From: Octopus bimaculoides | Lineage: Eukaryota | Assembly: GCF_001194135.2 (NCBI RefSeq) | Contig: NC_068986.1 | Span: 37,147,841-37,211,840 of the forward strand | Reading direction: 5' to 3' | DNA length: 64,000 nt | In this document: piece after piece, positions 52,796-64,000 of the stretch | Position numbering within the stretch: the stretch's first letter is position 1 | How the letters are laid out: the number at the start of each line of letters is the position of its first letter | Notes under the pieces: generated by a model | The model's input: only the letters and a program-made list of their open reading frames with translations | Told to the model about the DNA's origin: nothing | Database searches by the model: none | Program-made: the position numbers and the translations under genes

Positions 52796-53764
52796 NNNNN
52801 NNNNNNNNNNNNNNNNNNNNNNNNNNNNNNNNNNNNNNNNNNNNNNNNNNNNNNNNNNNNNNNNNNNNNNNNNNNNNNNNNNNNNNNNNNNNNNNNNNNN
52901 NNNNNNNNNNNNNNNNNNNNNNNNNNNNNNNNNNNNNNNNNNNNNNNNNNNNNNNNNNNNNNNNNNNNNNNNNNNNNNNNNNNNNNNNNNNNNNNNNNNN
53001 NNNNNNNNNNNNNNNNNNNNNNNNNNNNNNNNNNNNNNNNNNNNNNNNNNNNNNNNNNNNNNNNNNNNNNNNNNNNNNNNNNNNNNNNNNNNNNNNNNNN
53101 NNNNNNNNNNNNNNNNNNNNNNNNNNNNNNNNNNNNNNNNNNNNNNNNNNNNNNNNNNNNNNNNNNNNNNNNNNNTGCAGATGGATGGTACAACAAATCT
53201 GAAGATCCACCTTTGTTGCTCAATTTAATGGTCCAGTTTAAACAACTAAATACTCACCATTGAAAACAAAGACCCATTTGTTTTGTGTGTAGGTGTGTGT
53301 GTGTGAGAGTATGTAGGCATACACATGCACACATGCACACACCATCAGTTCAGTACTTAAATGAAGTGCAATATAACCTTATGATAAATTATTATAAACT
53401 TAATACCAAGTTAGAAAGTACACATGGGTGTGTGCATGCATGCATGTTCTCTCTCTCTCTCTCTCTCTCAGATGACACAACTCTACTGCAAAAATAGTTG
53501 ATAAACATCAGTGCAATAACATCAGAACACTCACACACACACATATATACACACAAACTCAATTATTTTAAAGTTCACATCTCAAAAAGAAAAAAAAATT
53601 CATCTGTTTATCTTTCTCACATTTGTAAATTTGTTTTGCTTTTGTGGTGGTACAAAGGCAGTGATATTCTGCTGCAGAGCCATTGCCCAGTATTGAAACC
53701 TTGTCACAAGCATTCTGGGCCAATCATTCATAGATATATTTAGCTACAATCAAAATATACTTAC

Positions 53765-53826
53765 TTGTTGATTTTATGTAATGTTCCGGTGTAAATAAAG
53801 TAACATTGTAAAATCCAAGTGGTAAT
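53765..53826 (-). CDS. Candidate 62-nt exon of an unidentified minus-strand gene
   Basis: taacttttctttttcattttccag|ATTACC...AATCAACAA|gtaagt; two frames open (LPLGFYNVTLFTPEHYIKST or ITTWILQCYFIYTGTLHKIN). No homology recognised. Confidence 0.2.
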
Positions 53827-54188
53827 CTGGAAAATGAAAAAGAAAAGTTATCAATAAATGATAAAATCTGACAGACAAAATCATTGCTGGATAGAGATGA
53901 AGACTACAGCCTGAGAAGGTTAAAAGCAAATGAAATAGAAACAGAGAGAAGAGTAATGAAGAGCAAGAGAGAAAGGGTAAATATATAGAGAGAAGAGCAA
54001 TAATTAGAAAAATAGAGAGGAGACAGAAACAAAGACAGACAAACATAGATAAAGAAAGGAGAGCGATGGATAGATAGAGAGAAGAGCTACCAGCTGGTGA
54101 CAGAAAACAGTTAGATGAGCACAGACAAGGAACAGCTAGAAAATAGTAATAAAGATTCATAAACAGACAGACAGGAAATTGATTGACT

Positions 54189-54232
<44 letters not shown>

Positions 54233-57200
54233 TGATGGCTAGATACACCTNNNNNNNNNNNNNNNNNNNNNNNNNAAACAGTTAGATGAGCACAGACAAG
54301 GAACAGCTAGAAAATAGTAATAAAGATTCATAAACAGACAGACAGGAAATTGATTGACTGATAGACAGACAGACAGACATGATGGCTAGATACACCTACA
54401 TACATGAACACTAACCGGATACATTTCATTTATCTTTTAGAAGAGTCTATAGCAGAAGACACTTGCCTAAGGTGCCGTACTGTGAAACTGATCTTAGAGC
54501 TATGTGGTTGGGAAGCAAGCTTCTTGCCACACAGCCATGCCTATGCCTAATATATAGAGAGAAGAGATGGTTAAACAGACTAAGAGACAAATATAGAATA
54601 ATAGACAGAGACAAATGTAGGAGAGATAAAATAGAGACAAGCATGGGAGAGACTGACAGACAAGTAGACAAAGTTAAGCCTTCTGGTGAATGAAACGCCT
54701 TATTGCTTTTACAGTAAATCTCAATCACATAACAAAAAACAAAAACATTGCCAATGCTTTGTTTCAATTGCACACACCTACTCACTCATCTACGACCAGA
54801 GGCAATTTCTTGGTTGAGAAATTGTTTTTATAGCTGGATGCACTTCATATCTGCTGATGTGAAGTAGGAGTGGAGGAACTCATCAGACATTAAGGTAAAA
54901 GAAGGTCATTTTTGCTATTATTTAGCCCTTGCTCAGCTCTATGATTAAAGACATTCCAGTCATGACTATCATGCCTTTTTCTCTAGGCAGACTGCATTCA
55001 GGACTACATTATCCATTGTGTAATTTTTTCTCGAAGATGTGAGGATGTGATATAAAAGAGATATAGCTGCTATTTCTAGAAGGACAAACATCTATGTAGA
55101 GGCACCCTCATTAGCAAAATAAGGAAGTGTGCATTACCATATAACCCAACTTAATAATGACTGTAGTTAAGATGGAACTTATGACCACTTACTTCCCAAC
55201 ACTAATATTTAGCAATCATTTGTGTGAACTCAGTAATAGAACGGCTTTCAAAACTGGCACTTAAAAGAAAGGAGCCTTAAGAGCTACATTTTGAAATTAC
55301 ATAGATCCAGGTTTGATCCTACTGTGCAGCACTTTGGGGAAGTGTTTTCAACAATTGATTAATACTTTTTGAGTGAAACACAACAAAGAAAACTAGGCAG
55401 TAGCCTTTCATACAAGTGTATGTGCACACATCGGTGAGTTTGTGTGTACATATATATATATAAATATGAGGTGGTGAAGCATGAGACGAGGTAGTGAAGC
55501 ATGATCTTTGAACTTTGGGCCTCATGGAGGAAAAGACTAGTGACCAAGGCCTTTGGCAATATGCTGTGCTTGAGCAGAGGCATCAAGCCAAGTGAAATTA
55601 TAGTCATGGCCAATGCTGGTGTCACATAACTGGCACCCATGCTGGTGGCACATAAAAAGCACCTTTTGAGCAATGGGCCTCACAGAGGTAAGGTGGTCAA
55701 TGCTGGTGGCACATGAAACGCACCTTACGAGTGTTGGGCTTCACAGGGGCAATGGCGAATGACTGAGACCTTTGGCATTATGAGAAGAAAACCATCAAGC
55801 GAAGTAAAATCATAGTCATGGCAGATACTGGCATCATACAAATAGCACCCATGCTGATGGCACGTAAAAGCACCCATTACACTCTCAGAGTTGTTGATGT
55901 TAGGGAGAGCATCCAGCCATAGAGACCATGCCAAATTATACTGGAGTTTAATCATTGTGGAATAATGATTATAATTTAATACACGGAAGATGGAATATGA
56001 AATCGTGTGATGTTCATGCTTTTGTCAACAACATTAGCAACTTAAATGAGATGAAATTTTAAAACACCCATACCTCATTCACCACCAACTCTCAAATCAG
56101 CCCAAAGCCTGATAGCAGATGGGGGCTACAGTAGAGGCAAGAGTATGGTCTTGTCTTGTATAATTTATCCCTTCCATTCTATAGCAAAGTCATTCATTGG
56201 TCACAATAGTGGAGAGGCCAAGAGCTGGTTGTAAGGGGAGGATCAAATCTAAACAAATCCACTTGGAAGATAATTTGTGTTGACTGAGCAGTTGTTAAAG
56301 GAGGGTTCTTTGAAGAATAAACTAATGACAGTAGGGTGGAGAAGAAAGACAGACCAAATTTCCAGCCCCCTTTTTTTAAAAAAAGAAAAAAAAAATCCAA
56401 GTCCCTGCTACATATCATCTCAGCTCTACCATAGACCTAACTTTCTGCTCTGCTTACTTTAAAGCTATTCTTGTATGATATGCTGTGAATTTTCAATTAC
56501 TAAAAGAATAGTTTATGTGACAATCAGTCATATAAACAAATCTCACAACACACACAATTATGTGTGTGTGCATGTATGTATGTGTGTGAGTGTGAGTGTG
56601 TGTGTGTGTGTAAGTATGTGTGAGTGTGTGTGTGTGTGAGTGGAGCAGATCATATATACAGACACACATGATGTATATAAATGTGTACATACACTTCTTA
56701 TAAACTGTTACATATTTGCAGTGTGTATACATACACACACATACACACACAGAAACATGCACACACACACACACACACACATACACTTATGTATCAACAG
56801 TATCCAGCATTCTCTTAACAGGTTAAGAGAAAGTGTTAGAAAAAGTTACATAGCCTGTGACTTAGCCACGAAGATATGCCCCTATGAAAAGTGTGATATC
56901 TAGGTGCAAAACAGTACCCTACAACTTGGAACAAATATGTACACCCTTCCCCCTCTCCACCCCACCCCCACATACATTCCCAATTTCCCTATATTTTAAA
57001 TAAATTCTTTGAGAAAGATGCTAATAAGCTTCAATTTTTCTGAGACTGCTGCTTCACTGAAAAAAACGTTACATCCTAACAACTTGTATGATGGTGTCAA
57101 GATGAGCTTTATAGAAATGCACAAATAAAGAAACAAATATATAGCATTAAAAAAATACTGCAATATCAACGATACAGGCCCCCTCATTTTGAACAAGTAA

Positions 57201-58187
57201 AAAAAAAAACACCAGATGACCACAACTGGATCGTCTTTTGTTAAAGATCTAATCAATTATAGCTAACCAAGAGCAACACAACAACATATATATTTATACA
57301 GGCCATCAAGGTAGCCAGACACAAACAGCCTATTACAAGAAGTGGCATGCATGAGACATGGTTCATCATCAAATGGGTCACATAATCAAAAGACATCATC
57401 AAATGGGTCACATGACGCATGTTATTAAGAAAGTCTCGCAGGCTACAGGTTGTCCATCACTGGTCTATGCGGTCACTCGATCTGTTAGAAACTGCAATCA
57501 AATCTCTCTCAGATCACACACTATCGATATTCAAAAAGAGGACATGTTGGCTAATGCATTCCTAGATATACTGTGTCTGCATATGAGATAAGAGGATGAA
57601 ACATTCAGTTTGATATGATTAAAAAGACAGACGATCACAACTGGAAGGCTTTCAGTGTATGTCTGCACTATCCGGGTTGATCTGAGGCTAAACAACAATA
57701 ACAGTTATAGATGTTTCTAGCCAATGAGGAAGTTTTTATATTTATGGTTCTTAAACTTTCCTCACACACTTAGCCCCTCCTCTCTGTGTATTTCACCATT
57801 TATCCCTTACTCCTCCTGCAATAAAAAAAATTATTATTACATATAAAAGTCCATGTCACTGCTAAAACGCTAACTTGTATATGTATAAATTTGTGGTGCG
57901 GAGGCAGGGGGAATGAAGGATGTGGAAATTAAGTATTGGTACCAAATCAAAATACAAGGCAACAGAGATATGGATGGTGGTTGCAGGTTAAATTAACAAG
58001 ATAAACTATCATCACAGCTGTGCTTTAGATTAATGATTTTTCAGAAATACACATAATAGCCATGTATGTATGCATTTATAGATATATGTATATACACACA
58101 CACACACATAGATGCCAAGAATTTTATATCTTCACTCTCTATAATACAAACACAAGTCAAAAAACACACATATGCAACATATATCTG

Positions 58188-58249
<62 letters not shown>

Positions 58250-59105
58250 GATACATAGACATATACATGTGTATTCACATATATATATATATATAATTCA
58301 CGGCAGCTTTCGTCCTAATTTTGGGACTGCCATGTTGGCTTGGCGATAACTATTAATNNNNNNNNNNNNNNNNNNNNNNNNNNNNNNNNNNNNNNNNNNN
58401 NNNNNNNNNNNNNNNNNNNNNNNNNNNNNNNNNNNNNNNNNNNNNNNNNNNNNNNNNNNNNNNNNNNNNNNNNNNNNNNNNNNNNNNNNNNNNNNNNNNN
58501 NNNNNNNNNNNNNNNNNNNNNNNNNNNNNNNNNNNNNNNNNNNNNNNNNNNNNNNNNNNNNNNNNNNNNNNNNNNNNNNNNNNNNNNNNNNNNNNNNNNN
58601 NNNNNNNNNNNNNNNNNNNNNNNNNNNNNNNNNNNNNNNNNNNNNNNNNNNNNNNNNNNNNNNNNNNNNNNNNNNNNNNNNNNNNNNNNNNNNNNNNNNN
58701 NNNNNNNNNNNNNNNNNNNNNNNNNNNNNNNNNNNNNNNNNNNNNNNNNNNNNNNNNNNNNNNNNNNNNNNNNNNNNNNNNNNNNNNNNNNNNNNNNNNN
58801 NNNNNNNNNNNNNNNNNNNNNNNNNNNNNNNNNNNNNNNNNNNNNNNNNNNNNNNNNNNNNNNNNNNNNNNNNNNNNNNNNNNNNNNNNNNNNNNNNNNN
58901 NNNNNNNNNNNNNNNNNNNNNNNNNNNNNNNNNNNNNNNNNNNNNNNNNNNNNNNNNNNNNNNNNNNNNNNNNNNNNNNNNNNNNNNNNNNNNNNNNNNN
59001 NNNNNNNNNNNNNNNNNNNNNNNNNNNNNNNNNNNNNNNNNNNNNNNNNNNNNNNNNNNNNNNNNNNNNNNNNNNNNNNNNNNNNNNNNNNNNNNNNNNN
59101 NNNNN

Positions 59106-59157
<52 letters not shown>

Positions 59158-59386
59158 CAGATACATAGACATATACATGTGCTCTTGTTATCATTATTAT
59201 TATTTCCCTATCTTAATGTTCTGAGTTCTGCCAAGGTCAACTTTGCCTTTCATCCTTTTAGGGTCAATAAATTAAGTGCCAGTTGAGTATTGGGGGGAGG
59301 GGTTGATGTAATCAACTATCCCCCTCCACCAATTTCAAGCCTTGTGCTTATAGTAGAAAAGATGATTATTATTATCATTATTATTA

Positions 59387-59425
<39 letters not shown>

Positions 59426-60487
59426 NNNNNNNNNNCTGGCAGAATTGTTAGCACGCCAGATAAAATGCTTAGTCATATTTCGCCTGTCGCTAATTTCTGA
59501 GTTCAAATTCCACCAAGGTCAACTTTGCTTCTCATCCTCTTGAGGTCGATAAATTAGGTACCAGTGAAACACTGGGGTTGATGTAATCAACTAATCACTT
59601 CCCGCAAAACGGCTGCCCTTGTAGCAAAATTTGAAACCATTGTTATCATTATTATTATTATTGATACACTAGAAAAATTGCTAGTGTTGGGAAAAAGGGA
59701 ACAACAATAAAACCTTAGGGGAAACATTCTCAGAGTGTGCAGTCATCTACATGCATATTCACATACACACATGCACTCAAGCCAATGAGGACACTGACTG
59801 GTCACTCAACTTGCCAGGAGCAATTGCCAAATCTTCCTCAAATCAAACACTACCTTTTTATTTACAGTAATGTAAAGACAGGATGATCCTGAGCGGAAAG
59901 CTTTTGATCATAGATTTGTTCAAAGTTTTACCTGAGACTAAACAGCACTCACAACATACATAAACACACACAAACACACACACATAGGTGACTTGATAGA
60001 ATAAACATAATGACAGCAGCAAGATAATACGGTTCCAGTGTTGATGTTTCATGTATTCACTGTTCCACTCTAATACACATTTACCCTTCTCAATATACAA
60101 AGTATATCAACCATGAAATTACTTTTGCATACATGTCTCCTTGCATTAACATTAAACAGAAGGCATATATGGGGCTTTGCATTCAGATAAGGTTGGCTAC
60201 ATCCTACAATTTCTATTAGAAACAAAGCACCAGTCATAGTTTGGATGGCATAATCTGGTCAAGTTTGATTGTGTTAAAGTACAGATATTCTTTTATTCTT
60301 TCAGTCATTTGACTGTGGCCATGCTGGAGCATCACCCTGAAGGGTTTTAGTTGAGCAAATCAATCCCAGAGCTTATCTTTTGTTTTTTTAAAGCCTGTTA
60401 CTCATTCTATCGGTCTCTCTTTGCTGAACTGCTAGAAACAGGGACGTAAACATATCAACACCAGTTGTCAATCAGTAGTGGGGGACA

Positions 60488-60704
60488 AACTCTCCCTCTT
60501 TCTTCCTGTTTCTGTTGTACCTGTATTTCAAAGGGCTAGGCTTGTCACACTCTGTATCATGCTGAATCTCTCTGAGAACTATGTTAAGGGTACACGTGTC
60601 TGTGGAGTGCTTAGCCACTTGCACGTTAATTTCTCGAGAAGGCTGTTCCATTGATCGGATCAACTAGAACCCCCATCCTCGTAACTGACGGAGTGCCACG
60701 ACAA
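60488..60704 (+). mobile_element. 5'-truncated SINE family D fused to an inverted family A tail (60290-60485)
   Basis: ctctttcttcctgtttctgttgtacctgtatttcaaaggg...gatcggatcaactagaacc matches 38760-38960. Confidence 0.75.
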
Positions 60705-61527
60705 ATCATCACATGGACAGGTGATAAGTGTTTTTTCTATGATAAAAGACTAAGAAGCCTAGAAACTGCTAACAGAAAGGTAAATGTAAATATTCTACTT
60801 CACTAGGCATTATCAGTGCGTGTGCATGTGTACACACACACACACACACACACACATCCACACAAACGATATATATATATATATATATATATATGGGGTG
60901 GGGGCTAAGCAATAAACACAAAAAGAAGACAAAGCATGAGGGATGAGTTTTAGAAAATGTATTAATTTAATGCTTGAAAAGGGAAAGTCTTGACGTTTCG
61001 GCCAATAATCATTCCTCAGAAAATGAGAAAAGTGGTGGAAAAAAGGAAAAGCAACAGGTGACTGTATACAAACAGACAGACAGAGATATCACCTGAAGAG
61101 AACAGATGATCCAGGGGAAATCTGAACTTCAAAAAAAAAATTTATAAAATAAAGCGAACTGGTTTTCGTCTTGACTATAGATAAGAACTCTTACGAATGG
61201 CAGAAATAAACGAAAAAAATAAATACCTAAAAAAAGCTTTAGTAACGTCTCAGACAAGGTGTTATAACTATAACACCTCCACCCTCATCATTACCATCAC
61301 CACACCACCTCCGAAAGAAAAACTGGAAATTTTAAGAGACAAAACGACAATAAGAGGATCTGCGAATCAAACAAATTGTCGACACCGTTAAGCTTCGTCT
61401 CTTTACATCGTTCGGAGAATAATTGAGATTTACGCAAAAGATAAATACAATTTGAATCGCCCATTCTTATTACGAGACATAAAAATATTATATCGCCCGA
61501 TCTCCCACAAGACCAGAACATAAATAT

Positions 61528-61568
<41 letters not shown>

Positions 61569-62089
61569 NNNNNNNNNNNNNNNNNNNNNNNNNNNNNNNN
61601 NNNNNNNNNNNNNNNNNNNNNNNNNNNNNNNNNNNNNNNNNNNNNNNNNNNNNNNNNNNNNNNNNNNNNNNNNNNNNNNNNNNNNNNNNNNNNNNNNNNN
61701 NNNNNNNNNNNNNNNNNNNNNNNNNNNNNNNNNNNNNNNNNNNNNNNNNNNNNNNNNNNNNNNNNNNNNNNNNNNNNNNNNNNNNNNNNNNNNNNNNNNN
61801 NNNNNNNNNNNNNNNNNNNNNNNNNNNNNNNNNNNNNNNNNNNNNNNNNNNNNNNNNNNNNNNNNNNNNNNNNNNNNNNNNNNNNNNNNNNNNNNNNNNN
61901 NNNNNNNNNNNNNNNNNNNNNNNNNNNNNNNNNNNNNNNNNNNNNNNNNNNNNNNNNNNNNNNNNNNNNNNNNNNNNNAGGAAGGTGTGTAAAAGTGGGT
62001 TAAATGAAGACAGATGTAAAACTCTTTTGGACACACTTATTTCAGAGAGTATCTGGAGATTCAGGTCTTGAATTTCTGGTATTTGCGCG

Positions 62090-62127
<38 letters not shown>

Positions 62128-63307
62128 TTTCATTATTATTAATACATACATACATACATACATACAACTTGATATAAATATATCAAATAAGTGAAAAGAA
62201 AAGGAAAGAATGAGATTAGAAAAGAAAAATGAAAAGGAAAGAAAACGAGGTTAAAGAGAAAATATATTTGATAGGGTGGGGGATGGACGTGAAATCGTAA
62301 AATTTTTCTCATATGTCAAAACCATTTAGAAAGTATTGCTTACCATATTTGGTAATAAAATACCTTTTTTTTCTTTAACAATTATGGCAGTTTGTATGTT
62401 CCCCGTTTGAGGACAAGAAAACCACACAACACGCTTGCACATACACATATAGACACATACACATATAGACATATACAAACAGCTGATGAAGGAAATAAAT
62501 TAATTTGCGTGAGACTGCCCTGTCAAAGGAGTAAGTTAAGTAGCAATGACCCGACGAGTTAGATAATGGATTTCCAAATTATGGATTGTGGCACAATTTT
62601 CACAGTGAAGATAATTTAACAAGGTCACAAAGTAATCGAATCAAACCTCGACACTTCTTCAAAGAATGCAACTTCACTAACGCCGAAACACAGGATACAT
62701 GTATTAAGAAAGGAAAATAAAGTAGTCAATAGACGAGGCGTAAATAGTTAAAAAAAAAAACTTAGGCGAATGGAACATCCGACCATGCCAACTCCAGCAT
62801 TTGGATTGCCTTATATTTAAAAACCAGGAGGTAGACGTTGTCTTTCAGTCTATCGGGATCGATAAAATAAGTATCAGTCATATTATAGGGGGTCGATGAA
62901 ATCCCGCCAAATTTCAGGCCTTGTATCTGTCGTAGAAAGGATATTTAGGAACCAGGAAAAATGAAAGACAAAGTTGAATTCAACAGGATTTGAACATAAA
63001 ACGTAAAAGCCGAAACAAATAACGCCAGGCATTTTTGTCCAATGCACTTACGATTCTATTAATTCACTCAGATAGGTATAAGGTTTAATTTAGACGAAGG
63101 GTTTAGTCGATTAAATTAGAACAAGCACTTGTCTAATATGTTATCTTCCCAACCACAAGGATGAAGTCAAAGTTGACCTCGGCATGATTAGAACTCAGAA
63201 CCTAAAGAGTAATAACTAAATACTGCGTGATATTCTGTCCGACACTAATGATTCTGTAAACTCACAGGCCTCCTCATCACGACAACCAACACCTTCTCCA
63301 GCGTGCA

Positions 63308-63524
63308 CGAGAGGGTGCTGAAAAGTTCCTGGCTTTGGATAAAAGAAAATACAGGAGGATCAGTTAATTATGATTTTATTCAACATATTCCTTTCTCAGA
63401 ATCACACACATATTGTAGTGGTCCTTCAGTTTTTCTAATACCCGTAAAATGACTCGGAAGGTTTGGCCTCCAACCAAGCCTTTCGCGACACCCTTAAAGT
63501 CAGGGACTTTTCAGCACTCTCTCG
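63308..63524. mobile_element. Mariner/Tc1-type MITE (~217 bp)
   Basis: Terminal inverted repeats cgagagggtgctgaaaagttcctggcttt / aaagtcagggacttttcagcactctctcg (26/29 match); TA on the right flank, CA on the left; no ORF. Confidence 0.75.
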
Positions 63525-64000
63525 TATATGAGAATGAATCAATCTACCAAGAAAAAAAAAATACAAGACAGAAATAAGGCACAGAAAAAATATTCCAGCA
63601 AAGAAAATCATAGTGAAGAAGATGAGAAAGAGAGTAAGTGAGAGGTGGTGCGAGAGGAAATTAAAGATAGCGTAGTGTGAACAATTTGTAGTTGGTGGAG
63701 ACGTATTCGTTGTTATTATATTATATGACCGAAAGAAAATAGCTTTCAGTATATGTGTAATGCATGACAGAAAACAAAAAGATATTTCTATCTTTGTAGC
63801 GCAGAGTTAATGTTTTGGCAAACAAGATTTCAAAGGAATGGGATATATATACCTTAAAAGGGCCCCAATGCCTATGTACATACTATGTAGGTGTGTGTTT
63901 GGAGAACGGATAAGACTACCATTACTCGAATGTGGGCGTTGAGAATAGAAGTTTACACATACATACATACAATATATACATACTCCTTTCTCTCTCTCTC

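Noticed and set aside
54105-54397. ~120-bp direct repeat either side of a 25-N gap (similar flank duplication at 58200-58280 / 59105-59185)
   Set aside because: Typical overlap of contig ends differing in microsatellite length; an assembly artefact.
1-64000. CRISPR arrays, rRNA genes, operon-type systems
   Set aside because: None seen; there is no regular repeat-spacer array and the DNA is eukaryotic.

Overview
AT-rich, repeat-saturated animal genomic DNA with about 18 assembly gaps, most flanked by (AT)n/(CA)n microsatellites. The repeat families and tails resemble those of Octopus (coleoid cephalopod); this is pattern recognition, not a database hit. No complete protein-coding gene can be read, and nearly all ORFs in the track are translations of microsatellites or N runs. 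The window is dominated by several tRNA-headed SINE-like families (labelled A, B, C/C', D, G), RTE-type LINE tails (E), decayed LINE reverse-transcriptase fragments and one mariner-type MITE. CpG content alternates: strongly depleted at ~1-26.9 kb and ~36-60.5 kb, retained at ~27-35.8 kb and ~60.8-64 kb. This suggests methylated long-intron gene bodies flanking a promoter-like zone near 29.7-30.6 kb. A few short candidate exons are given at low confidence. Most interesting observations: (1) a ~550-bp palindromic element at 45926-46473 joining tRNA-like heads to tails with a decayed Penelope-style hammerhead-ribozyme motif; (2) a near-perfect ~100-bp-arm hairpin at 4282-4516 made by local inverted duplication of a SINE; (3) a locally templated insertion at 16908-17353; (4) recursive-splice-like AG|GT sites on the minus strand.
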